DNA from: Antechinus flavipes
Lineage: Eukaryota
Assembly (NCBI RefSeq): GCF_016432865.1
Contig: NC_067399.1
Span: 5,704,001 to 5,768,000 of the forward strand
DNA length: 64,000 nucleotides
Direction of reading: 5' to 3'
Part shown: positions 44,131 to 56,900 of the stretch, in pieces
How the letters are laid out: each line of letters opens with the position of its first letter
How positions within the stretch are numbered: position 1 is the first letter of the stretch
Notes under the pieces: generated by a model
Told to the model about the DNA's origin: nothing
Databases searched by the model: none
The model's input: the letters and a program-made list of their open reading frames with translations, nothing else
Program-made: the position numbers and the translations under genes

Positions 44131-45024
44131 GCGGCGCCCCTGCGGACCCCGCCTTACTGCAGGTGGCGCATCGGTACGTTTTGGGGCTGTTTGCGCAGTT
44201 TCTTTGAGGCGCCCCTGCGGACCCCGGAGGCTCCGCCTTACTGCAGGTGGCGCATTGGTACGTTTTGGGGCTGTTTGCGCAGTTTCTTTCTTTGAGGCGC
44301 CCCTGCGGACCCCGCCTTACTGCAGGTGGCGCATTGGTACAATTTGGGGGTGTTTGCGCAGTTTCTTTGAGGCGCCCCTGCGGACCCCGGAGGCTCCGCC
44401 TTACTGCAGGTGGCGCATTGGTACGTTTTGGGGCTGTTTGCGCAGTTTCTTTCTTTGAGGCGCCCCTGCGGACCCCGCCTTACTGCAGGTGGCGCATTGG
44501 TACAATTTGGGGGTGTTTGCGCAGTTTCTTTGAGGCGCCCCTGCGGACCTCGGAGGCTCCGCCTTACTGCAGGTGGCGCATTGGTACGTTTTGGGGCTGT
44601 TTGCACAGTTTCTTTCTTTGAGGCGCCCCTGCGGACCCCGCCTTACTGCAGGTGGCGCATTGGTACGTTTTGGGGCTGTTTGCGCAGTTTCTTTCTTTGA
44701 GGCGCCCCTGCGGACCCCGCCTTACTGCAGGTGGCGCATTGGTACAATTTGGGGGTGTTTGCGCAGTTTCTTTGAGGCGCCCCTGCGGACCCCGGAGGCT
44801 CCGCCTTACTGCAGGTGGCGCATTGGTACGTTTTGGGGCTGTTTGCACAGTTTCTTTCTTTGAGGCGCCCCTGCGGACCCCGCCTTACTGCAGGTGGCGC
44901 ATTGGTACGTTTTGGGGCTGTTTGCACAGTTTCTTTCTTTGAGGCGCCCCTGCGCACCCCGGAGGCTCCGCCTTACTGCAGGTGGCGCATTGGTACGTTT
45001 TGGGGCTGTTTGCGCAGTTTCTTT
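44131..45024. repeat. Minisatellite of 11 units (75/79/84/88 bp), each with a CTCF-like core ACTGCAGGTGGCGCA
   Basis: Unit starts 44131, 44206, 44294, 44369, 44457, 44532, 44620, 44699, 44774, 44862, 44941. Length variants come from a 9 bp (GGAGGCTCC) and a 4 bp (TTTC) indel. Confidence 0.97.
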
Positions 45025-46468
45025 GTGCACTGCATCTGGGTCCGGATTTCTTTCTGTTAGAGATGGAGAAAATCGGGACGCGGGGAAAGCTCGGCTTTGT
45101 GGCCTCGGCGTGAAGCGGGAGGGTCTGGGTCTGAGTACAGACTTATGGCGGAGGGATAACAAGGAACGGTGGGGTAGGAGAGGGTGGGAACAGGGGGGTG
45201 TCTAAGGGAAGCGGGACTGGGCACGCAGATTGATGGAGAGGGGATAAAGAGGGAGGGATCCCTGGGCGGGGAGAAGCGGAGCAATACGGCCAGTGAAGGA
45301 GCAGAATTAAAGTAGAAGGTTATCACCAGGATGGAAAATGGGAGACGCACAAACACTAGAACAAGGACCAGGAGCAGAAAGAAAAAAGGGCGAGGGATCA
45401 TTGGTCTCAAAGTCAAACCTCCATTCGGTCGAGAGAGACCTAGATTCTACGTTAGCCACGTGATTGTTTTAGACGCGGGTCTGTGTGCGAGGATGCATTT
45501 CTCTGCCTCCGTGTCTGCGTGTGTTTGTCTGTGTACACACACGTACGTGCCTGTGCCCGTGGGGAGGGGGCAGGGAAATGAGGGACTAAAGTGAAAACCG
45601 CACAGCGGAGAACAAAAGTAACTACTGAGAAAGCACGGGGCGCCCGGGAACACGGTGTCTTCTGGTCTGGATACTTTTTGACAGGGAAATTTGTTACACA
45701 TTTTGAATCCTTCCTGATAAGCTGCCAGGCACGTGACAGTATTTTGTTTGTTTTCCTTTTCTTTTTCTATTTTGCTTTTTCTTATTTTCTATCTAGTTTC
45801 AAATAAATATCAGAAAAAAAAAAAACCAAAAGGTCTGAAGAGGAGGTTTAGAATGTCATGTTTGTGATTGGTTTGTTCCTTCTCTGTCCAAACCAGGCAG
45901 TTTAGGAGGCTGGAGAGGTGCTAATTTCTCAGGTATTTGAATTTCCTATTTCTAGAAACGTTTTTTTGGTTACCTTCATTTAGAGATATTTAGAGGCAAT
46001 AAACTTGAAGATCTTTCCCTTTGTGGGGCTGATGGGAGGGGAAGAAGGAAATGCATGAGTTAATGCCTTAAAAAAGCAGCTTGGCCTTGCCTTACGTGTG
46101 CACGGGGTAAACGTTCAGTTTTCACCAGAGGGGCTCACTCCGCCAGTCATCCTCGTAGACTGGAGTCCCCCTTGCGGCCTCTTGTTGGCAGGGCCTAGAT
46201 CTGATAGGCTCCCGAGAGCCCCGTTTGGCTAAAGAGTCCCAGAGGTGGGGGGAAGCTCTCGCCTGGGGCTCCCCAGTCACTGTCGGTGGCGAGATGAGAG
46301 CTTTGGGTTGGAGTTTGTAGTCACTGCACAGTCCGGTTATCAGCAAAGAGGAATGAGAAGAACTTACGTTGTGTGGAGAGGAGAGGGAACAGAAGCGCCC
46401 CGCGTCTCTCCTGGGCTCTGAAAACAGGCCTGGGAGAGGGGAGATGGCCCCTCCCCCATGTGGCGGGG

Positions 46469-46606
46469 TTTTCTGTTCTCATTCTTTTTCTTTGAGGCAG
46501 TTGCCCAGGGTCCCACAGACAGGAAGTGGTGTCTGAGGCCAGATTTGAAATCGGGTCCTCTTGATTTCAGGGCTTGTGCTCTAACCACTGCGCCACCATC
46601 TGCCCC
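46469..46606 (-). mobile_element. tRNA-derived SINE, WSINE1-like
   Basis: Reverse strand reads GGGGCAGATGGTGGCGCAGTGG (A box)...GATTTCAAATCTGG (B box) and an A-rich tail. Confidence 0.8.
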
Positions 46607-47417
46607 TGTGGCTGCTCAGATAGTCATTCGTTGAGGGCACGTGTCTCTAGGTGAATCAGAGCGGGGAATGAGGAAAATTAATGTCGTGTGGGTCACGTCA
46701 CCAGCACTTGTCTGTGATCCAGCCCTCGTTCTGGGGGCCGGGCGGATTCTGCAGGAGTGATTGAGCCCCCCATGGTCATTCCCAGCCCCTGAGTGTCTGC
46801 TCCTTCACCAGCTTGGCTCAGCCCCTCCCAAGGGGGTCCCCTCCGGTCTCCCTCTGTCTTTGTGATCAAGGTGAGGGGTGTCGGTCACAGGATTGCTCAT
46901 GAAGCACCTGGTGTTCCTGAAATGTCAGGGAGCGGCACCCGCCCCCAAAGGCCAGCCCGCCCGCCAGTCGGGGGGACGTCCGAGGGAGGGGCTGTCAGAC
47001 CCTGCGGGAGGAAGCCGCCCTGGGCCTCGCTCAGAGGCAGTCGCCTCCATTTGTTGGTTCTCGCTAATAAATGATTGCTCTCGCTCGGAGCTTTTATGGC
47101 ATTTTCTTCGGGACGTTTCCCACGTACCTCAGGCATTGGAGGCGGGCTGGTGCTTTGGGGGGCCAGAGTTTAATTTCTGCTAAATGCCAGGGGTCGCAAA
47201 AGTCGGTGCTCTCTGATCCCTGCCCCACTCCCCCGGGCCCTGGGCCCCCGCTCCCTGGCCTGGGTGCAGGGGCCTGGAGTTCCTCCCTCTCGGCAGCGAT
47301 CCGAGCGGCAGAACAGCCGCTGCCACGGAGCGCGCTCGGCTCGGATCCCGTGTTCCTGCAGTGTGTCTCCCGGAGTCCTTCATCTTTAACAAGCTGCTCT
47401 TCTCTTGTGTCTCCTAG

Positions 47418-47511
47418 GTCCGGACCTTTCGTCTGGGCCGGGAGCCGCCCTGAGGAAGGGGACGCGCCGGAGCTCGGGAGTTCGGCCTGACTCGGGCTTG
47501 CCTCATAACTG
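47418..47511 (+). other. SMC6: Candidate SMC6 5' UTR exon (94 nt)
   Basis: Polypyrimidine tract and CTAG| acceptor; CTG|GTGAGA donor; 331 bp upstream of the ATG exon. Confidence 0.55.
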
Positions 47512-47847
47512 GTGAGAACCAAACAAAAGCCCCTCCTCGTTGCTGGCCAGGCCTTCCCCTGCGCTTCCCACTCCCTGACCCCCTCGGTCACCAGCCAGGG
47601 GGCTCCCCCGTGATGTGGCAGGAGAGGGCCTCGGGGGAGGCCACATGTGCCGGACGGGGCTAGAGTGTGGGGAGCGCCGCCCCCGGGCCCGACGGGAAGT
47701 GCTTATCGAGGCCCCGCCGGGGCAGCTCTTGTAGCGTTGGGGGCAGGGCGACGGTGACTCGCTGGAGGCCTGGACACCCCCTCCCCCCCCGGGCAGGGTC
47801 TGAGGCCGCCCCCGAGCACCTCGGGACTCCTCGTTGTTCTAGGTCCC

Positions 47848-47988
47848 ATGGCGAAAAGAAAGGAAGAGAATTTTCTGCCCGTGGGGATGCAGAAGAAGCA
47901 AAGGCAGGAGCAGGGCGATGAGTCTGAGGAGAGCGAGGAGGAAGAGTCCCTCATGCCTCTGTCCCCCGGGACCGCCTCAACCCCGGTG
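47848..47988 (+). CDS. SMC6: SMC6 first coding exon (acceptor 47843), 141 nt coding
   Basis: [21 protein letters not shown]...STPV; |GTGAGT. Confidence 0.9.
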
Positions 47989-50900
47989 GTGAGTAGTGGG
48001 TCATCGACGAGGAAACGCTGTGGGCAGCTGCCCGTTCCCTTGGGATCCCAGAGGGCAGGAGGGGCCTGTCCAGCGCGGGGCTCTCCTGCCTCCCCTTCCC
48101 CGCCGCTCCGGTCTGCGGCAAGAACATCTGTACCCACGGGTGTGGCCCTAGCCGGCCAGACTGTGTCCTTGAGAAAGTCCGGCCTCCTGGGCCCTGAGTC
48201 CCCCGGCCGCGGCCCGTGTGTCTGGGTTACCGCGATGGGGAGCGCTCACGCTGCCCGGAACAGGCCTGCGTCGGGTCTCTTAGCCGAGGGAGGGTCGGCT
48301 GGGCCAGGCGGGCATGGGGGCAGGGGCGGTGCCCGCCATGGTCAGGCCCGCGCTGACGCCCGTGGGTCTTTAACAGATAACGGCCGAAGTCGGGATCATC
48401 GAGAGCATCCAGCTGAAGAACTTCATGTGCCACGCCATGCTGGGGCCTTTTAAGTTCGGATCCAACGTCAACTTTGTGGTGGGAAACAATGGGAGTAAGT
48501 TGGCGTCTCTTTGGGATTCACGGTGTCGGTCTGTGCCCCAAGAGCCCCGGGCATTGGCCTGGGGGGGAGGGCAGCTGTTGGTGGCCTTCCCTCCATTGTC
48601 CCCCCTCCCCATGTGTGGGTGACCTCCTGGGGGCTTGTGGGCATCCTGGCATCCAGAGAAAAGCTGACAAGCGTCTGCTGGGCTTGGCCAGGCCCGAGAG
48701 GGGCCCTTTCTCGTGGCCCCGAGTTGGGGGTGAACGAGTCTCGGTCATTTTCTCTGTCCGCTGGCCCCTCCTCAGGATCCATGGGGTCTTCCCCGGCCCT
48801 GGCTCACCGGAGCCCCTCCCAGCATGTCGTGCTCTGCTGGGCGAGGTGCTTGTGGGCACGCGTCTGTGCCGATGGCGGGGCAAGTCTGGGAAGCTCCAGC
48901 AGTCCGAGGCCCCTCAGGCCCGTTTCTCTCTGGGGTCCTCAGTTTCCCCTGAATTCTCTGGGCCGTTGCTGTTGGCGGGCCATGGAGGGCGTTGGCCCCG
49001 GGCATCCTCGGCAATGGCCCGGGGGCAGTCCTGGCTTCCGGCTGCCCTCTTGGCTGGCCTGGGTGAGTCCCATGACTTCTCACTCCTGGGACTTCTCTCG
49101 GGTCCTTCTTCGAGAAGAAAAATGGCTTCTCGTGGTTTTGCTGGAATTAGGTTCTGTTCTGTTCCCCGTAAATCTGTCAGGAGAAGCCGGACAGGCGCTC
49201 TCCGGGCTCGGAGTTAGTCGGGCGTTGGGTGGGACGCCTAAACTTGGGCCGCTCTGGTTCTGGTTCTGCTCGGTCTGAGCCGTTGTGCCCTGGGGGGGGG
49301 CCCAGCATGGCCTGAGCCGGCTTAGCGGCTGCTTCCAGGACAGACGGAACTGGACCCGAGAAACGGGGCTGACTCGCTCCGGGGCAGAATCTCAGCTCGG
49401 GGGGCGGGGGCGCCTCAGTCTCGGCCCACCCGCTTTTCAGATGAGCCTCCGAGGAAGGTGGTTTGTCATGTCTCATTCTGGGGGAGGAGGAGAGTTCTCC
49501 CTGACTATGTCTGGAAGTGCTCGCAGGTTGCGGGTGATGGCTGGCCGTGCCCTTCGAGCTCCTCTGCTCGCTCAGGGTGCCCTGAGGAGGGGGCAGTGCC
49601 CGCTGGGCACATGGCAGCAGGGGTCGGGACAGGGTTCGAGCCCGCTGTCCGGGGGGGGGGGAGGGGGGCCAGGAAGAAGCCTCCTCTCAGATGGTGACTG
49701 GGCTCTTGACATCCTTCCCCCCTCAGGTGGCAAAAGCGCCGTCCTGACCGCGCTCATAGTGGGTCTCGGAGGGAAAGCTACGGCCACCAACAGAGGCTCC
49801 TCTCTGAAAGGGTTTGTGAAGGACGGGCAGAGGTGAGTGCCAGGGGTCGGAGCCTTGGGCCTCTCCCGGGGCTGCCAGCGCGGGAGGAGGTGGCTGCGCC
49901 CCTGCCCGGGGTGCGGGCGAGATGGAGGCGGCGTTTCCTCCCTCACTGACGCCCCCAGGAAAGGTGGGTGGGTGGGAGGGAGCCAGAAGCCCCGCCCTGG
50001 GTTTTGTGCTCATGGTCAGGCTGCAGGGAGTGAAACCCTGAAGTGCGGGGTGAAGGGAACAGGGCGGGGGGAGGGGGCAGGAAATAAGGGAGCAGAGGGA
50101 ATGAGGGGTCCAGTTGTTGCCCCTCCCCCTCCCCCCTGCAGCCAAGAGGGAAGTTAGAAGGGGTGGCCCTGGGGGCGGGGGGACGTGAGGCTGCTGGGGA
50201 GGCTGCCCTGGGCCTGGCTCCCGCCCTCCCGCTGCTTGTCAAGGGCTGTTTGGTAAACCCGGGTTGGAAACGACTCTAGAAAAGCACAGGCCCAGAAAAG
50301 CACCGTGATGACGGTGGTTGGGGCCGAGTATCCCTCCTCATCCTGCCCTTCTCTCCCCCGAGAGAACCGTCCCACATCACCGAGGCCGGGAGGGCGGCGC
50401 CGTCCGCGGCCTCCCCTGCGCTCCCCCTCCCCCATGCTCTGCCCACAAAGCTGCCAGGCGGCTCCCTGGTGACCACGGCCTGCCCGGCCTCGGCGGCTGC
50501 TGCTGCTTCCGGGCCAGCACGCGGCCCCGTCTCTTTGGCTTTGACAGTCCCGGGGGGCCTTTGCCCAAATCGGGGACCCCCGACCCTGTCTGCGGGCCCC
50601 CAAGAGACACTTCCTTCCCCACCTCCCCGTCTTCCCATCATTCAGGAGCTTTGGGTCTGAACCTGGCTCTGGTGTTTTGTGGCCTCATTAGGAGCTTGGT
50701 CCCCAGGGCCCTTGGGGGTCCCTTCCAGCTCAGAACCTCAGCCCTGAGGCAGGGAGGAGCCCGACACCATATTGTGAAGAGCTCTCAGAGCCTTGGGGGT
50801 GGGCTTTCAGCAAGCGGGGCCCCCAAACCCGAGTGTTACCGGCCTGGCGAGGAAGGATGTGGCTGTGACCCAGAGACCCGAGGCTTCGAGCCTGGAAGGG

Positions 50901-53900
50901 GACATGGCAGCCTCGGCAGAAATAGGGGACGGGACAGCGAGAGCCCCAGGAGGCTGTGACCGGGATGAAGGCTCTGCCAGACAGGAGCGGGGGGTCGGGG
51001 GGGGGGGGTCCATGGGCAGTCTAGATGGGTTGGCACCGGCCCCTGTGCCTGGTACATCCCAGGAGCAGCCGGAATCTGGGGTCAGAATCGGGAAATGAGG
51101 GGAGCCCTGGCGGCCCTGATAGGGAAGGGAAAGGCCGGACACGGGGAGGCACGAGTCAGAGAAGGCCGTCATCCTGCTGGGGGCGGGCAGCCGTGGAGAG
51201 CGGCCGGCCGAAGCCTGGCCCACGTGGGGGTCCCCCGGGCCTTGGCTGTCCCCGCGAGGACGACCGGGCTGCTCTGGTCCCGTTTGCAGCTCTGCCGACA
51301 TCTCGATAACGCTGCGGAACAGAGGGGAGGACGCCTTCAAGCCGAACGTGTACGGGGACTCCATCACGGTGCAGCAGCACATCAGCCTGGAGGGCAACCG
51401 CAGCTACAAGCTCAAGGGCCAGACCGGTGAGCTCTGACCCGGGCCACCCGGGCCTCCCGGAACCCCGGCCTCCCAGACACCCCGGCCTCCCGGAACCCCG
51501 GCCTCCTGGCCGCTGGCGCCTCGCCTGCTCTGGGGCTTCTGGCCTTCCCCAGACCGAGGGTGGTCCCTGGGCCCCGAGCCGCCCCCTGACAGCCGGGCCG
51601 GACATTCGCTCCTGCAGCCTTGGCCACGCCCTCTGCCTCCACTGCCAGTTTGGCAGAGCGGGAACGTGCCAGGGCTGCAGATGTTCCCCGAACGCCCTGG
51701 CCGCACCTTGGGGCCCTCTGGGCCATGATTGCCAGAGTGGAGGGTCTCAGCTCACTTCCCCACACAGACCCTCTTTTTGTTTGGTCGTGGGCGGGGCCCT
51801 CTGGGGATGCTCCGCCCCTAGAGCCCCTCTTCCTCCCTGCGCAGTTCTCCCCAAGAGCCCCCGAGGAGGGTTGCCTCCTGTTGGCTTTTCGCCTCCAGGA
51901 GGAGCGTAGTCCTGGGGCATCCTGAGCTCCCTCCCTGTCCCAGCGCGCCGGATCCCTTCACTCCTCGCCGCCTCCCCCACCCCACCCCCCTTTGCTTCCT
52001 GCTGTGGTTTTCCCTGAGGCCTCAGCCTGTGCCCACCCCAGAGGAATCCCAGTGCCATGAAGGGCCCCCTGCCACCTCTGACAGATGGTCCCAAACTGCC
52101 CTCGGGCTGCCCACTCACCCTGCACTCTCTAAGCCCCTCCTGCCAAGTGCGCCTCGATGCAGACGGGATTACCCTGGGCCTCACTTGGTGCCCGTCAGAC
52201 TTTGCTTGATGCTTGCCAGCCCCACTCAGTGCCCTGCTCAGTGCCCACTGGGCCATTTGGTGCCCATCAGGCCCTGTTTGGTGCCCACTGGGCCCTGGGG
52301 GCAGGGTCAGCGCAGCTCTGATGGGGCGGGGGAGCGAGCTCCCGGGGGATCGCAGAGCTTGCGCAGCCAATGTCACTGGATGTCCCGTGTGTGTTTTTCT
52401 AACTAGGAAATCTGGTTTCTAACAAGAAGGAAGAGCTCACGGCCATCCTCGACCATTTTAACATCCAGGTAACGGCGCGGCGTCCCGCCTGCGAGCAGTT
52501 TGTGCTTTTAGGGAGCAGAAGGGCCTCTTTAGGAGGTGGTCCCTCCGAGCGCCCCCTGCCCAGGCTGCGCTGAGCTGTCCCCCCCAAGCCCGAGGGCACG
52601 TCCCCCCGCCCCCGGCATCTCCACGTGCTCCCGTAGCACAGGAACACGCTCCTCTGGCCCGTCCGGCCCACCTCAGGGCCGCCGCCAGGAAACCTGCCCT
52701 CCTTCCCGGCCCCCGCGGCCCCGAGCCCTTAGTCCTTAGCACAGATGCTCGTAGGCTAACGGGCAAAGAGATGAGCAAGAAGGAGCTGCCAGAAGGGATG
52801 GGAGGGAGGGGCAGGACTGGATTTGAACCCTCCAGCCTCAGTCTGGTCCTTTTAGCCCTCACCTGGCCCCTTCCTCTGGGTGCTCGCTCCCCTCTGCCCA
52901 GCAAATTCACGAGAGTAGAGGCAGCCTGGCGATTGGGGGCAGAAGCCATGAATGGGGGGGAAGGGAGGGGGTTCCCATCTCAGTGCCCCCTGCAGGAAGA
53001 CTGAGACTTGGATAGGAAGGTCCGGTGTGGACCTGAGTGGAGGCTGGTGGAGCTCCTGGGCCTGGAGCCCACGGCCCTGTGCAGGCTGTCGCCTCCGGGC
53101 TCCGGCCGTCTCCCGCCCCCACGGCCTGGCCCCCACAGAGGCTGCACCCAGACCCGCCTCAGTCCTCCAAAGCCCACCGCGGTGTATCCAGGTGGGCACT
53201 AACGACTCGCTGTCTGTCCGTCCCCAGGTGGACAACCCCGTGTCCATTCTGACCCAAGAGATGAGCAAGCAGTTCTTACAGTCCAAGAACGAAGGGGACA
53301 AATACAAGGTAAGGGAGCCCAGGAGCACGGCCTGCCTCCGCCATGTTGGGCGAGGGCCCGGGACCCCCGGCCGGGGTGTGACCCTGCCTCGCCCTGCGGC
53401 CCCCACTGGCCCTGGCAGAGAGTGGCAAGACCCAGGGGGCACCTGCAGAGACCCATATTCAGAACTATCCGGATGCCCTGGACAAATCACGTCACCCTGC
53501 GAGACGAGCTGGAGAAGGAGATGGCCAAGTGGTCCGGCATGTCTGCCAAGAGAGCCCCCGGGGGCTCCGGGAGTGGGGCACGGCTGGGGGCCGGAGCCCT
53601 GGGGCCAGGAGGGCTGCTCCGGGCTGACGCAGGCCCTGGGAGAACGGCCCCAAGAGCGCCGGGCTCGATGGCCGTGGATGTTGGGCCCTTCTGAATGGCC
53701 CATCCCCCTCCTCGGTAAAGGTGGCGCCAGGGTTGGGCCTGCAGTCCAGGCTGGTGTCTCCCTCCCAGACAGGGCGCCCTCTGGGGGCTCATTGGGCGAC
53801 TCCCCTCTGCTGGGTTCTGTTGGTAGCCGGTGTTCTGGAACTGACCCAGAATCTGCCGGGGCCGTGAGCCAGGGAGAAGCGACCTTGGGCTTCGAGGGGC

Positions 53901-56900
53901 TCCTCAGTGCGGGGGCCAGCCTATGAGGGGCCTTCGGGGCACTGGCTCCCGCTTCAGAGAGAACGCATCCCCCCCACCCCGGACGCCCCTGGGCAGGGGG
54001 TGGGGTCGTGGGTGGGGAGCCTTCGTGCTCCAGGCAGGAGCACACAAGGAGAACTTCCCTTGGAGATGGGGGCTCTGCCAGGAGTCGTTTCTTGGGAGGG
54101 GCCCTGGGGGCCCTTGTTCCTCCAGGGAGGGCGCGGCTGTGGGCGCCCAGGCCTCCTGGCCCGAGTTCCAATCCGGCCTCCGGCCCTGAGTGGGGGGCAG
54201 AATCCCAGCGCCCTCTGGGCCGACCCCCAGGACCACGGCAGGCGGGAGAGGAAGGGGATTCGGTGACACGCCTGATTCGTGCTGCTCTTTGGTGCAGTTC
54301 TTCATGAAAGCGACCCAGCTGGAGCAGATGAAAGAGGATTACTCGTACATCATGGACACCAAGGCCAGAACCCGGGACCAGATTGAGCAGGGGGAAGAGG
54401 TAGGTGGGAGCCGGGCCCCGAGGGCCGGTCCTCCAGAGGCGGCCACACCGGACCCTGGGGAGACCAGAGAGAAAGGGGCGAGTGGGGGTGGGGTGGGGAG
54501 GGGGGTGCCACACCCAGGGCCTGAGCCTGAGGAGACCCCTCCCCTCCCCCCGGTGGAGTGTCTGAGTGTGGGAAGGAGGGTCCACAGAAAGGAGAGGCTG
54601 AGGTCATCAGGGTCACACAGAGAGGGCCTTGGGCCTGGAGGCCCTGGGGAGATGTGGGCCCGGTCACAGGGTCACAGCCGGCACTGCAGGGCTGGGGGGG
54701 CTGAGAATGGTGACGGGGAGGGCCGCGGGGCAGCCAGTGTAGGCGCTTTTTGTGGCGGCCGGGCTGGGCCTGGGGGAGCATGACCCAACTTGGAGGGTGC
54801 AGCTGTGACCCTTCCGCCCTGAGAGCCACCCCTCAGGCTCCAGGTTATGAGGGGGAGGCCGGAACATTGCCTTCAGGTCTTTGGCGCCTGGTCCTGAAAC
54901 AGGAGGAAGGGGAAGGCCCCGGGGTAACTGAGCTGACGGCGACGCTGAGTCTCCTGGGACAAAGGGACGGGGCGGCCGCTCACGGCCCTGCTCCCGGTCC
55001 CCAGGCCTCTCCATTTCAGGCATACGGGGAGGGCCTATCCAGAGTCATGCACAAAACTGGGCCAGCTGCGGGGGCCAGAACCCCAGCAACAGGCGGGAGA
55101 GCGCAGCAGGAGCACCCCTTGTGGGCCCTGCCCGAGCTCCTGCACCACCAAGGTGTCATGGCTGGATCCCCCGTGGTCCCGAGGGCACCCCCGGGCACAC
55201 CCGGCAGAGGTACCAGCTGCGCCCTTGTGTCTGCAGCGGCTCCTGGAGCTCCGGCGCCAGTGCCTGGAGAAGGAGGAGCGCTTCCAGAGCATCGCCGACC
55301 TGAGCGTGATGAAGAAGAAGCTGGAGGACCTGAAGCACGAGATGGCCTGGGCCCTGGTAGGCCGCGCGGGGTCTCTGCGGGCTGGGGTCAGCTCGGGGTC
55401 GGAGGGGCCTTCGGGACCTCGCGCCTCCTTGTCTCGTAGGTGGGCGAGTACGAGAAGGAGATTAAAGAAATGAGGAATCAGGTGAGCACCGGAGAGGAGC
55501 GCACGGTGCGGCTGACGCAGAAGGTGGAGGACTGGCGGGTGAGCAAACAGGCCTCTGGGGAGCACCCCCACTGGGCCAGAACCAGCTCTAAGAGCCTTAG
55601 TGCTCAGGTCCCATTGATCCCCACAGCGGCCCTGGGAGGAGGGGCTGATCCTCTCCCCATTTTACAGGCAAGGAGCCTGAGGCAGGACAAGGTCAGGGTC
55701 ACCTGGATCACAGGTGTCTGAGGCCAGATTGGAACTTGGGTCTCGCTCAGACTACAGGGCACGGCGTTGCCCTGTTGTAACAGGGTGAGCTGTTAGGGTG
55801 GGGCTCCGGGGAGCAGCCGGGAGCCAGGCTGGTGGAGCCCCGTGTGCTAGGCCCGGTGCGGGGGGGTGTAAGGGGAAGGGGAGACCTCACTGAGGAGAGC
55901 GGGCCCCCGAGGAGGGGCGGCCCACCCTCCTCTAACAGGAAAGAGATCAGGTCGTTGAGTGCAGGATTCAGCACCAAAGTGAACCTCCGAAAATGGAAAG
56001 AAAACAATCGTGTCCGGGGCGTAGGGCCACGAGGGACTGCCGGCCACTCGCAGGAGGGCTCGGCCTGGTGGGGGCGGGGAGCCTCAGCCCCAAACTCCAC
56101 AGCCCTTGTGCCAGTCATGTGACTGTTAGGTAAAAGTCTGTGCCCTGAGCCCAGCCACAGGCCGGGGAAGAGATCATTACCTGGCAGAGACCGAGGGTCC
56201 CAGGAGGGGAAGGAGCAAAGGTTAGGAGCCGGAGTGAGGAGCAGAGCCAAGGGGGGAGCACAAACCCGGGAGCCTCCGGAGCACTCAGCCCGCAGATGAG
56301 GAGGAGGAACAAGGGATCAGAGGGAATACCAGGAGCTCTTTGCTCACCCTGAAGCGGGACCCTGAGGCTCGGCCCCAATGCGATCCTGGTCTAGCCCTGG
56401 GTGAGGAGGGGCCCTAGCACACCGGAGCTTGCAGCCACGGGACCCTCATCACAGAAGGGGCTTGAAGCCCAGGCCAGGAGAGCGGGAAAACCATCCCTCC
56501 TTGGTTTGGAAAAATCTCTGCAAAGAGCAGCACAAAAACCCTGAAGCTTGGGATGCTTGACCCTCCACCCTGGAACAGAACTCTGACAAACAGTTAAAAG
56601 TCATGTGACGGGCTAGGAAATTGAGCAAGCAACAGAAAACGGTGCTGAGCATAGGGAATTCAAAGCACACACTCAGAAGATAACCAGGTGGGACCCCCTG
56701 CATCCAGAGCCTCCAAGAAAACCAAGAACTGGTCTCGGGCCATGGAAGAGCTCAAGAGGGATTTTGAACATCAAATGAGAGAAGCAGGAAAAATTGCAAA
56801 GAGGAGTGAGAGCGATGCAAGGAAACCACGCGGAACAGTCAACAGCTCGGTAAAGAGATAACGGAAAAATACCGAGGAAGACCATGGAAAAACTGACTAG

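Noticed and set aside
44131-45024. CRISPR-like or protein-coding appearance of the 75-88 bp array (repeated MAHWYVLG ORFs)
   Set aside because: The DNA is eukaryotic and intronic, the units have no unique spacers, and no cas genes are present. The ORFs are repeat translations.
52852-54585. 577 aa minus-strand ORF antisense to SMC6
   Set aside because: It has low-complexity Pro/Gly/Arg composition and spans SMC6 exons and introns, so it is a likely chance ORF.
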